NCBI GenBank assembly: GCA_051294375.1
Contig: CM119263.1
Location: 15,117,574-15,181,573 of the forward strand
Length of the DNA: 64,000 nt
Reading direction: 5' to 3'
Source: Paraspadella gotoi
Taxonomy: Eukaryota; Animalia; Chaetognatha
Shown: one piece after another, positions 51,867 to 64,000 of the stretch
Position numbering within the stretch: position 1 is the stretch's first letter
How the letters are laid out: the number at the start of each line of letters is the position of its first letter
Made by a program: the position numbers and the translations under genes
Notes under the pieces: generated by a model
Database searches by the model: none
The model's input: the letters and a program-made list of their open reading frames with translations, nothing else
What the model was told of the DNA's origin: nothing

Positions 51867-52636
51867 TGAGAGAAGAGACAGACAATGTCAGACACAAAGA
51901 CAAAGAGATATAGAAAGAACTCGTTTGTACCCTTGGGAAATTTCCGAAATGCTTTTTATTAAACAAGTTTCCTTAATCAACAAGAGAAGCACTTACCTAA
52001 TTTTGAACGACGACCGAAGATATCGCGTGCAGAAAAAAAAAGGGGAAAGGGAAAGAAAATATTGTTTTAATTAGATTATTAAGGATTCTGCACGCGTACA
52101 TGCGGGTAACAAATAAATCGCCTGCGCAAGAGAAAAATTGTTCAATTAGTAATATATAAGTCTAAATTTTTTGAATCAATTAATGATTAAAATAAAAGAA
52201 AGGCTGATAAATACAATATATGGTCAATTTCGGTCATGTTCAAGATTTGTTATAGATTTTTTATAGATTTTTTATTGCAAAAAATTCAAAAAAACCAGAA
52301 GTAAATCGAAATTAAAAAAAAGGTTTATTTTAAGAATAAACCCCAATGCAAAACCATCAGTTAATTGAGACCAATGTATCGAAGTTAAGCCAATAAAATA
52401 TTACTTTTTTTGAGGATGTCGTTCTGATATTTTTTTCTCTTTGTTCCTCTGACGCCGCTTTCAGTTTGTTACTTCTTTTCGCGAGTCAGTGTGAAGTGCT
52501 TTTCACCAGAACTATGATGGTCAACGGTGATACTCCTCTTCCTCCGAAAGTACTATCTCTCTAGATCACCCCCTAATTCTTTTTCTCTTATATATCTCTC
52601 TCTCGCTCTCGCTCTCTCTCTCTCTCTCTCCTCGCT

Positions 52637-52673
<37 letters not shown>

Positions 52674-52861
52674 TCTCCACAGTTCTCTCTTTCTTCCTCG
52701 CAAATCACGCCTCGAGGGAGGACGAACTAAAACGGCGTCTGTTTCTAGGCAACGGCGAAACGAAAATCGCGGCGCTTATAAACAAAAACCTTAAACAATA
52801 AACAAACCTTATCTTCAAAAACGATCTTTCTTCTCTCTCTCTCTCTCTCTCTCTCCTCTCT

Positions 52862-52897
<36 letters not shown>

Positions 52898-53540
52898 TCT
52901 CGCTCTCGCTTCGCTAGCGTCAAAACACCGACGAGGGACGACAGCCTCATGCATAACACGGCGGGATAGTTTTTTGCTTTTGCGGTTTTCTCTCCGTCGA
53001 TGTCGCCAGCGTCCAAGAGAAAGAAGGGGAATTACAAGGAAGATGGAATTAACGAGTCCCGAGTGAATAAGCTCGATCCCCAGTTCCCGCTGTATAAGTT
53101 GTTTTTTCTCCAAATAAATATCTGATAGAAGTAAAAGAATGTTGTTATTATATACAAGTAATTTAAAGAATATTTCATTTAAGGAGTTGAGGCTAAATTC
53201 CTAAATTATTTATATGTATTAAAAAAATAACCTTCTTCTAGGCTGTTAAGAAATAGCTCGCTTCTTTCATTTGAAAAAGAAAAAAGAAAAACCTTTTACA
53301 AAACGGTAGTAAATATTATTTATATAAAGCACATCCATGAACAGTTGAACAAACATGAAGTATGCTTTCTCTCTTTTTCCCCGGTTTCGCGGGAAAGAAG
53401 CGAAATAAACAAACGTCGAAAGTCGGCGAGGTTTTTTCCCGCTGGCGGAAAACTGGTCCTTTCACCTCAATTCGGTCTGAATATTAAAACTTCTTGTGGA
53501 GGAAGAAGAGAGAGAGAGAGAGAGAGAGAGAAGAGAGAGA

Positions 53541-53572
<32 letters not shown>

Positions 53573-53775
53573 CGAGAACAGTTCTTCCAGTGTTTTTGTA
53601 TGCAAAACATCTACCGGCAAACTAAACTTAACATCTTTGACTTTAATGTATTTTTTTTAGATTTTATATCTGTCAAAGGCGTCTCTGTTTTAAAGCGAAA
53701 TCCGTCGGGCATCGTGGGTCGATTTAAATCAAATTTGGATCACAAATCGAAAGATTTTCGTTGTAGATCTTTAGC

Positions 53776-53813
<38 letters not shown>

Positions 53814-54138
53814 TAACTCGGATCTTGCTACCCTTTCTTCCTTTCTTTTGATCTATCGCCACTCAGTCTCTCCCTTTTATTTCTTTCTTCTTTTTAATCC
53901 TCTCCATCACTCATCCCGATTCCCGCTGATTCGATCTACAGTAGAGAATAAAACGAACTTTACATCTGTTCTTGGGCTTCGATCGATGACATTTCTGTCA
54001 CCTAATTTTATGTTCTCATCGTTATAATTAATTAGTGTAATTAACGAGGAAGGATTTTGCGAATATTATTGAAATAAGTGCTATAGAAATACAAGGATTA
54101 GTAAGATTTTAAGATTTTTACAGTGACAATACTTTTCT

Positions 54139-54261
<123 letters not shown>

Positions 54262-54829
54262 CTGTCGTCACTTCACATCTGCTTTTTTTTTTAATTTTTG
54301 CTCGCGGCATTAGAGAGAGAGAGAGAGAGGGAGAGGGAGAGGGAGAAGAGGAGCTGATTGGAGCGAGAGGTTCAGCTGGTAGGAGCGATGGAGTGAAGGT
54401 GAACCCGGTTCGCTGGAGCGGAGAAAATCGTTTAGACGGAAAAAAAAGTAGTGTTTTCGATCGGAAAAGGTTTATAAGGGTGGGGGGGAGTTGTTTGGGG
54501 AATGGCGACCGCTTTCGTTCGAAAGGGGGGTGCATCATCTTAGCCGTTCGGCGAAGTGGGCGTGGCAGCGTGGATGTCGAAATCGGCGAAGGTTTTAGGT
54601 TAGGATGGTAATTTGTCAGTCCCGCATAAAAGGCTTAGGATTAGTCGGATCAAGGTTTTTAGTCGGCCGTTTAGAGAAAGAGGGTTAGGAANNNNNNNNN
54701 NNNNNNNNNNNNNNNNNNNNNNNNNNNNNNNNNNNNNNNNNNNNNNNNNNNNNNNNNNNNNNNNNNNNNNNNNNNNNNNNNNNNNNNNNNNNNNNNNNNN
54801 NNNNNNNNNNNNNNNNNNNNNNNNNNNNN

Positions 54830-54862
<33 letters not shown>

Positions 54863-55121
54863 GTCGAATCAAACTTTTACGGTTAAATGACCGTCGCTTT
54901 TGACTTCGTCTTAGCGATTGGGGGAAGAGACAGAGCGCGCGCGAGCGAGCGAGTGAAAATGACCCATAGTCACTCACCGGTAACCGCGTGAATGGTGAAG
55001 GGGTAGAGACAAGTCGACGAAGAAGTGGATAAAAAGTATACATTGATTTAATTTTCGCCTTTTGTTTATTTTATTAATCTATTTATTATTATTTTGTTGA
55101 ATTCCTTGCGTTATCATTTAT

Positions 55122-55176
55122 GTATCGTATCGTATCGTATCGTATCGTATCGTATCGTATCGTATCGTATCGTATC
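55122..55176 (+). repeat. (GTATC)n pentanucleotide microsatellite
   Basis: About 11 perfect units. Confidence 0.95.
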
Positions 55177-55389
55177 TCTTTTTAAATTTCAATTAAAAAT
55201 CTCAAAGACGTTGAAATCCAAACTCGGCCTCCTTTTACCTCGGCCTCGTCCGTTCTTCACACCGCGGGGTTTGTGTCCTCCTTTCACGGAATGAGCCCGA
55301 CCCACAAATTACTTATACGGAGAACGAATTCTCCTCCCTTTTTCTTTCTCCTCTCAACTACGAGAAGCTGATTCAAAATCGTGGATTCG

Positions 55390-56225
55390 ATGTCAAGAAT
55401 GGGTTTCTCTCGTCCTCGTCTCATGTTGGCTAATTCATTGACCGGAATGTGAATCGGTGTTTAAAGTATTAAATGACATATATATATATATATATATATA
55501 TAGGAACAATTTTTTTCGCGGGTATTCGAATTTGGCGCGGCGAAGGCCGACGCTTCTCTGGGAACCCAGGATCGCTACGACGCCGGAGGTCGAAACGAAG
55601 CCCGCGCCGGTAACGACGACGACGACGACGACGACGGTGAGGACCGCGGTGCCATTGACGCGGGCGCGAGTCCGCGCCGACGACGACGCGGTGCGTGGGC
55701 GCGTCGTCGAGCGCCGCGGCCGACGACGACTGGTGCGCGAACGACGACGAGGTGCCGCGCCGACGACGACTGGTGCCGCGACGACGACGAGCGCCGCGCC
55801 GACGACGACTGGTGCCGCGCCTCGACGACGACCTCGGTGCATTATCGCGGTCGTCGAGTGTCGCTTCGATGACGACGACGCGACGCGCGATGAATGCGAC
55901 GATCGAGTCCCCGGGGCATCGTCGCTCGATGGAACCGACGGTTAAAAAATATGCGGGTCTCGCGTCTTAGGGCAATCGTTATATACGAAAAAATTTTTCA
56001 GGCGTCGGTGACAGATGGCAGAGTCCGAAGACGGGCGGCGGAGAACTCGATGATGAGGAGGTAACCGATTCTAATAGCCAATTATTTCTCTTTCGATCCA
56101 AATTGATTGTTTTTTAATTTTTTTACAGCTGTGCGATAATTTCACCTTGACTTCGCGAGTTATGTCGGGCCTACGGGCACCTGTCTGGTGGCGTAGGTTT
56201 ATTCTACATCGTTCATCTCGAGTGA
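55390..56225 (+). CDS. Mucin-like (Thr/Ala/Pro-rich) membrane protein, 4 candidate exons, frameshifted in this assembly
   Basis: Candidate exons 55390-55456, 55504-55940, 56002-56060 (GVGDRWQSPKTGGGELDDEE, clean CAG/GTAACC borders) and 56129-56225. Exon 2 encodes ATTPEVETKPAPVTTTTTTTT and APTTTGAATTTSAAPTTTGAAP repeats. The last exon holds a hydrophobic stretch (CLV.VGLFYIVHL) if one indel is allowed. GC-rich island in an AT-rich background. Confidence 0.55.
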
Positions 56226-56640
56226 AGTTCTAAGTAGCGTCGTCCGGCAAGACGCGTGTACAGCCTCCCCCCTCGAGAGAATCTTCCGACAGTGACGACG
56301 TTACGCGCGGCCGAGGGCGGGGAGATCGATCGAGGCGAGAACTCTTCGGTCGCGTGCGGCGGTTGCCCGCGACGAGGGGTTCCCCCTACGTAGACTTGAC
56401 CGCGGACTTTGGTCAACTTTGCGGCGTCATAATACGCTGCCGAGGTCCTTTCGTGCATCGGGCTCAAGTTCACGCCCCGGCTCGATGTGGCGAGGAAAAC
56501 ATTTACGGGAGGTTGGAAAGGGTGGTGGAGAGCGAGAGGATCTCGCGAGTTGGGGGACGGATTGGGGGAAGATGAATCGATCGGGGGGATCGTTATTTGA
56601 CCCCCTTGCTTTCCCCACTTACGAGGCGGTGGATGTGATC

Positions 56641-56684
<44 letters not shown>

Positions 56685-56696
56685 CTTCCGCTGTCG

Positions 56697-56742
<46 letters not shown>

Positions 56743-56995
56743 TCTGGGTAATAAATTTAAACTTTTTTGGCACGGGTTTTGAACACTTTCCCCTTTGAAA
56801 ACGATCGAAATTTGTAAAAAGAAGAAACTAAAATTCGAAAATTCTAAAATTCGAAACTCTAAAAAATGGCTATCAAAAATATATTTTGAAACAAGTGCGA
56901 ATCCGTTGACGATCGCGTAAGTAATAATAGTATATTTAAATTGAAAATAATTTTAAAAAATATTTTGTTTTATTACTTTTAAAGATTATCCACAG

Positions 56996-57124
56996 ATGAA
57001 CGGGGAAGGTGTTCAAGCTCAACATCCTGCACCGAGACGGAGATCATACTCGTAGTTGTAGCCATATTGATTATGTTGTTGTCATTGTATTATTGATGTG
57101 TGCATGCAAAAATAAACTTCGTAG
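56996..57124 (+). CDS. Exon encoding a single-pass transmembrane segment
   Basis: CCACAG acceptor and GTTAGT donor. Reads xERGRCSSSTSCTETEIILVVVAILI and then, after one missing base, VVVIVLLMCACKNKLR: a hydrophobic helix followed by juxtamembrane Cys and a basic stop-transfer signal. Confidence 0.5.
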
Positions 57125-57829
57125 GTTAGTTTCTAGATATTTCCTACTGTTCCTAACAATGTCGTAGTTAGTCTCGCTCCTTTGATAGATGTAGAACCTT
57201 ATGTTTGACAATAAAAAATATTTGAATGAATTTTATGATGTTAGTTAACTATGAATAAGATAGCCGGGAACCCGCATATTCGTGAAAATTTTTTATGGAC
57301 GCGTCCTCGGTTGACAGAAGGTAAACATTGCCTCTGCTGAGCTGTCAACGGTTTGACGAGTTTGAACTAAAGGGGCACCATGCGCTTTAAGCCGTAAAAA
57401 AGTAGGAACCTTGATTGGTTCTTAGTTGTATGTGCCGTCGGGATGAAACAAGCATCCATATAGTTTATGGGGACGGAACAGCATTTTTCTGATGCCTCTT
57501 TTTCTGGTGTGATCTCTCTCCTCTCTCAACCCCCCTCTCTTCTCTCTCTCTCTCTCTCTTTCTCCCCCTCTCTACTCTCTCTCTGCTCTCCTCATCTTTT
57601 CTCTCTCCTCTCTTCTCCTCTTCTCTGAAATGTCTGTTCGCGCGCGGGATGGAACCGCGGCGGTGATTGTCTCTCGCGCGCGCGTTTGACATGTTTGAAA
57701 GGTCGAATCGTAATTCGTATGCACGACGGAGGACCATGCACACATAATGCATCCTACTATCGCTGTCGTGAAAAATTCTGAAACGAACTCTGAACGTTCA
57801 ATTTTACCCCCCAAAACAACAGTCAATTC

Positions 57830-59640
57830 AGCACATGAGCCAATCCTGAAATGATTTTGGTCGACACAGCGCGGACAAGACGTAAATTTTCAGCGAAGAA
57901 TGCTCCCAGTTGAACCGACAAAGTTTCATGACCTTCGACAGTAAAGTTCGGCGGTTACCCGTTGCGTGGCCAAGGCGTTAAGCGTTTTGAAGGCCGAGAC
58001 ACAAGTAGCTGTCGTGAGCCACCATGTCTTTGTTGGCCAGGGCGCAAAGAAATTTTGATAAATGATACCTGGAAAAAGGAAGTTATTTTAACAAATTATT
58101 GAGACAAAATATCATTATCATAAATATAGTATAATATACTATATAGTATGTATATATAATGTATACTTAGTCACCCATATATTAATTATATAATTTTAAC
58201 CAAAGGAGTCAGTTAGTATCAATGTTTGAATTAATTCAAAATCTTAATTCGAACTGAAATATTAGTTCAAATATTGATTTAGAACAGTAAAAGTTCATTG
58301 ATAGGGAAGCAGTACTCTGGAAGTGAAAAACAAGACTGTGAGAGAATCTTGATTGAAAGCTCGAGGGATCTGCTATTCATATCCTTGTAAGAGTCATGAG
58401 GCCTTAAACGACCAAAGCCTGTCCAAAGTCAGGCGGTAAGATAGCTTATTTATTAATGAATGGATAATTTTTTATATTGGTTGTACCCAATTTCATGAAA
58501 ACCGATAACTTCAAAAATGACGTAAGTTTAACTAATTGCGAAATTTAAATTGCCTAAACATCAGCAACGTGAAAGAAACTTACTTATCACACCCCAAACC
58601 AAATCACACCCCTTACCTTTGTCTTGTTCCAAGATTCAACAGAACCATATTGGAGTGGAGCTCTCGAGAACAAAAAATTGATATTAAAATCAATTAACTG
58701 AAGAAGACAGTAATCTGGTTACGTGTTAGTGACAGAACCGTTCATTATAAGCATTAAAGCAGTCCCTGAGCTTCGGATCAGGCTGTAACACCATGTTACA
58801 GGCGGTTTAAGCGCACCCGTCCTTAACTGCTAGGCGACCACGGGCTAAAAACCCGGGATCCTTTGGTTGGGAAGTTCCGAATGACTTGCCTCCGCACAAT
58901 GGCCGCTGATGAACGCGTTGTGGATTATAGTCCACCATATAACAATATTTTAAATAATTTTAATGCGAAAATAGTATGATTATGGTTTAATGGAGTACAT
59001 AATTTTTTTTTTTATAGTTTACAGGACAGAAAATAAAAATGCATATATCTTAAAATTTACCAAATTGTAAAAAAAGCTCAAAATTCTCCCCTTTGTTATC
59101 TGTCACTGTAAGTAGAACCTATTACTGTGAATAAAACTATTTTATGAAAGAATTCCGAATCTGTTTATTTAAGTTTTATAGTATTAAGTTTTACAATATA
59201 TTACTACCAATATTATTACAAAATACAATTCGCTCTAATTCTGTGTTTAATGGTACCGTTGTGCCAAAAAATAAGGGAATGAATTTTCTTAATTTATATA
59301 CCGAGGGCATAACAAAAAATAAGGGTCAGGGTTCGCCGAGATGGGATATCACTATTGCCCTCTTTTTTCCACAGTCTACAACATATCTTACTCAACGAAG
59401 ACCAAGGAATAGCTATCAACAAAGAATAGCTATTTCGTCTTAAATCCTACCTGATCCAGTTGTTGTATTGTCGGGTTTCCGCTGACTTCAAAATTTCCTC
59501 AAAAGTTTTCTCAAAAATTCGCGAATTATTTTCTGTGATCTTCATACCGAACATCCCGCGCCAAGAATCGGCACGTTGTGCATCTTGTTGTCCACGCATC
59601 ACGTGTACATGTGAATGCCCGACCCTCGTCCATTCTTTTC
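57830..59640 (-). CDS. Candidate multi-exon gene of unknown function
   Basis: An exon ending at 59451 (RADSWRGMFGMKITENNSRIFEKTFEEILKSAETRQYNNWI, GTAGGA donor), a phase-compatible exon 58662-58617 (APLQYGSVESWNKTK, GTAAGG donor), and a strong TTTTCCAG acceptor at 58069. No family recognised. Confidence 0.3.
58299..58500 (+). repeat. ~200-bp dispersed repeat, copy 2
   Basis: Colinear with 3107-3310, with scattered substitutions and indels. Confidence 0.88.
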
Positions 59641-62196
59641 ACCCCGATAACTTCATACGCGGTCGAAAATGAGCGAGGTTTAAAGATCGCGACTAGTGCC
59701 AACTGGAAGCAGAGGGGATCGGCCATGGGGAGCGATCGCCAGAGCCCGGCCGTTACTCTGGCTTCGTAGTTCGGGATACTTGTCTGTGTTAAAACGAGCC
59801 GAGTAATTAATTTTGATTAGCTAATTTCCGTGATACGTCCGACTGTTTTTCAGTGAAAGTCTATAACCATTAGCGCGGAGTATAAATACAAAACTTTCAA
59901 AGTTCTTTCTTGTGCCCCTTAGATTTTGGAATTAGTGTAGTCGTTATGCCCCTAGAAGTAAAAAAGCCAATATTCTTTCTGGCCCAGTTTTCCCGTCCTA
60001 TCGAGTTTATAATAACGACGAAGCTGAATGATGCAAAAAAAATTGAACAAAAATCTGACAAAAAGTATATTTGATTCTGATTTGATTTTTTTATGTAATA
60101 TTAGCTAAAATAACAAAAATTATTATTATTTTTATTTCGAAATCTAAAATATAAGATATTGTTTTAACTCGAAATATTTATTTAGCTTTTTTAGTATGGT
60201 TTTTTTATTACGAAACAAAAAAAAAGCAAAACGAGACATGAGGGCCTCTCAGGTAATACTGCCTTCACAGCGTACTGGATGGAGAAAAAAAGGATTAATA
60301 TATTATTATTTTAGCTTACTAATAATATAATAATATATTTCTAATATATAATATTAATAATATAATAATCAATATTAAGGTTTACAACGGTCACAATTGG
60401 GTTAAAGGCTTCTAGCCTGAAAGTTTTCCAGCCCCACTATAGTAAAACCATTTATTTTATCTTATGAAGAATCACAGTAGCCGAATCCCACAGTTTCTGA
60501 TAACCAGTGACAGTAATGATTGTGAGAGACACCAACTGCTTAATGCAGAACTATCAGGGCTCAACCCTGACTAAAAAACGTACAATATGATAACAGATTA
60601 ACTTGAAGAATTTAAAACTTCTTTTTGTTAACAAAAGGAGTTTAATAAACATCGACTATATCTAATTTAATGACTTTATACAAAATGCGCCCAATGGATA
60701 AGAAATATGAAACAAGACAAGCAGCCACTTAAAAAGCCTATCAAACCCTCGAGGATTCATCAGGCAGCTTATCTAGCGCCATGACACCACCGAGGTAACA
60801 TTCAGTACGGATCACAGGCAGTTCTCTTGAGCGCCTTATGACACACTAAATAACAGGCTTCTAATAGGCCGCCTTAAATAAACTTGTTAGTATTCTAATT
60901 TAATTGCTAGCACATTGATAAAGTTGAGTAAGGAATTCATTATTTTTATTACTGCTAAAAATAATGTTTATTTAATATCTAAACTATTAATCAAGATTTT
61001 TTTTGTATCAGCTTTAGAACTGCTAATCGCGAAAGCAATTCTAGCACGTATGTACCCATCTCGGTTATTAAAACAGCAACATGAGCCGTCGGCAGGACAT
61101 GCTGTTTATTGTCCTTATTTAGATCGTTCACGATTTGTATTGTCGTATGGACAATGGGGAAGCAATGCATCTTTTCAATTTAATATTTTTTCCTAGTTCT
61201 TTTAATTGAAAGTGAACAAAGTTAAAGATTGATTCGGTTATAACAACATTTTCCCGAATCTATATATCAACTATACATTTATTTTGCATAAAATTCAAAA
61301 TTCGGAAGGCTTGAAGATCCTTACAGATTTGTCACAATGGTCGTTTGAGCCATTTTCTAACTTGAAAATCTTTTCAAGTGCTTGAGTTCCTATTTGTTGA
61401 ATCATCATCTGACAACATAGCTAAATACAAACTTTTCAAGGATGAGCATACCAGTGACTTTATATAAAGGCTTCAACAATTGTTTTTGTTTTGACAGTGA
61501 GGTACCCGAGTAATTGTATCTGATAAAAACAATTTTTGGAGCTACCTTGAGATCAGATAACATTCCACTCAAACCACATGACTGCATAATTCGATCAATA
61601 AATACAAATAACCTTCAGAGATTTTTTTTTAACTTCCCTTCAAGCCATTAAAGACATATATAGACGACATCACGCATAAAACGGGGTAAACCGATGAAAA
61701 GAATAAGTTTTATCGTTATACCGGAGTTTTTGATTCGCGGGAAATTAAGTATACTTTTCTTGTTTTATTTAATTTTCCCGCGTCGCAGTGGTCCACGTGT
61801 CTTTCTTTCTTTTTTTTTTGGTGCTGCCGGCGGGTTGGGGGCTTGCCGCGGCAGGCGGGGGGGTGTTTGGGTGGCGGCGGGCGTTGGCGGCGCGGCCTTT
61901 GGAGGGGGTGTAGGGCGTGGCGGCGGGGCGGTCATCAGACTGGGCCTATTTTGATGTAGGGGAGGCGGCGGACGCAGTTGGGGAGGAGAGAGAGAGAGGA
62001 GAAGAAGAGAGGAGGGAGCAGAGAGGGGAGGAGAGGAGAAGAGANNNNNNNNNNNNNNNNNNNNNNNNNAGAGAGAGAGAGATAGAGAGTCGTGATTAAA
62101 GGATGCATATTGATCTGCGATGAGGCGATGAATACATCGAATGATACAAGTCTCAAATCGCCGAACGGATCGACCAAACGAAAAACCGACCCTTAC

Positions 62197-63276
62197 GTGA
62201 AATGCGATTTTAAGGGATCATCGCCGAGAGGGTCATCTCGCTCTCGATCGTCGTCGTTGTTAAATCGCGGCTTCAAAACTTGGACCCTTAATTTCGTAAT
62301 CGAATGTTCGAGAAGATTGACACTGACATGCTCAATGAGCTCATACATCGTGGTCTCTGTCACTCTACTTGCGCTTGATCGAAAACGCAGGCTTTGGTCG
62401 CAGAGGTGTTGCCATATAAGGGGGCGATCGATCGAGAAAAAACGGCGGCAGCGCGTCGTCGTCGTCGCTTCTCCCGTCGCCGCCGAAGTCGTTTGTCGTA
62501 GATTATCGATGATTAGGCTCGATGCCTTTCTCATTAACGATACAGGGGGGCGCGATTAAAAAAAATGGGGGGGAAGCGACGAGGGGTGCCCTCCTCCCAT
62601 TAAACCCCTGGTCTAGTCAGGTGCTTTGAAACAAAAGAGACGCGCGAGCTCGTAAATCGGCCGCACCTTCTGCGCTGGGCGGGGACGGGATGGAAAGGTG
62701 CTGGAGAGGCGTTAATGAAAAAGAGGAGAAGGGGTCGGAGAGGGAACAGAGGATGAGTGGAGGATTCAAAAGTGGCGAAATCTGGGTGAAAAATTGCGTT
62801 CCATAAAACGTTAAATGAGGATGCAACTGTTCATTCCTTCGTTATGGAACTAAACTTTAACCTACAAAGTACATACCATTGTAGCTAGATGAAAAAAAAA
62901 TACTGGAATTCGATGTCACCTCAATTTCCATGATTATCCAATATCCATAAGACGCAGCCGACCCGGATTGAATCGCGCCGATGTAAGCAGCTGCTTCTTT
63001 GCCGCTTCTATGGTAACTGATACCGCAAATGGTACCAGCTGCAAATGAAGCGGAGGAATGAATCCTTGGGTTTCCCTTCAGATGCTGAGGGACTTCCTCT
63101 AGGATGCTGAGGCATACTCTCGGAAATGGCGGCCGTAGGCAAAATTTCCAGAGGAAGTCGATCCCAGCCGCTCGTCGATCAAGACGTGTCGAAGGCGATG
63201 TTAAACGAATGACTGGTTCCGTTCGTTGGCAAAGGATTGATATCGAGAGAGAGAAGAGAGAGGAGAGAGAGAGAGA

Positions 63277-63314
<38 letters not shown>

Positions 63315-63900
63315 AGAGCGAAGAAAAAGAGAGGAGAGAGAAGGTAGTCAAGTCTGCGTGCGAACTTTATCGGTTTGGCGATTTCTGGTCTCTATCCATT
63401 TCAAAAGACTCGGTGTTTTACCAATGAAAGATATTAGGAGCGAATTCCTGGTTTAGAAAAGAAATATGTTAAGCCTTATTCATATGGATTTTACATAACC
63501 TTCTTGCTCTCATCTTCCTGCTCTCTTTCTCTCTCCTCTCTCTCGTCTTCTCCGCCTCACGGTCTTTCTTCTGCCAATCGGTGCTTCTCTCTCTCTTACT
63601 CCGGCTTTCTGTTTTCCTCTCTCAGACCACCTCACTTAATTTCACTATTAGTTGACTGCTGAGCTATAAAACGAAAATAATACCCCCCCCTTTCTCTCTT
63701 TCTCTGTGTCTCTCTCAATTTCTTTCTTTCTCTCTTTCTCGCTTACAGAGGTTGACGACTTTTTGAAAACTTTTTCATGGAAATGAGTCTGAGGCCTGGA
63801 CCAAGCGAGGCCCCGCCTCGGTACAGCCTCGTCTCGCTCAGGGATGTCGGGGTGTCGGCTGCCAAGAGTTGCTTAAGACGCTTTTTCCAAATTGCGAAAA
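62197..63900 (-). CDS. Candidate multi-exon gene with an F-box-like segment
   Basis: Three minus-strand donors (GTAAGC after 63747, GTATGT after 62877, GTAAGG after 62197) close GC-richer open frames. A frame near 63170-63010 reads GWDRLPLEIL....SFLRFICSWYHL. The 62534-62197 frame is open for >110 codons. Confidence 0.35.
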
Positions 63901-64000
63901 ATGTTACTACTACTAGGGTTATTTTTAGTCCCATTATAAAAACGAGTCTTGCGATTAGGTTAATTCTGTTCATACCCGAGAAAAAAAACATTCATGTAGG

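Noticed and set aside
54590-54690. Scattered TTAGG motifs suggesting telomeric repeats
   Set aside because: Only a few dispersed, non-tandem occurrences.

Overview
AT-rich, microsatellite-laden eukaryotic DNA, most likely an invertebrate animal (short GT-AG introns, no obvious CpG depletion). It comes from a draft assembly with many N gaps and homopolymer/indel errors, and most ORF-track entries are microsatellite or gap artefacts. The best-supported content is a tandem pair of paralogous 3-exon genes (15297-16017 and 17775-18447), plus a frameshifted duplicate of the first at 10459-11164. They encode small signal-peptide-bearing, GPI/TM-anchored proteins built from two copies of an 8-cysteine module that I cannot assign to a named family. 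Also present are a ~4.8 kb tandem duplication and a ~7.8 kb palindrome (both probably assembly or read artefacts next to 25-N gaps), a degenerate LTR-bounded BEL/Pao-like element, a 173-bp palindrome carrying a Penelope-type minimal hammerhead ribozyme motif, a mucin-like membrane-protein gene, a single-pass TM exon, and weaker exon candidates including an F-box-like segment. No rRNA, tRNA or CRISPR array was recognised.
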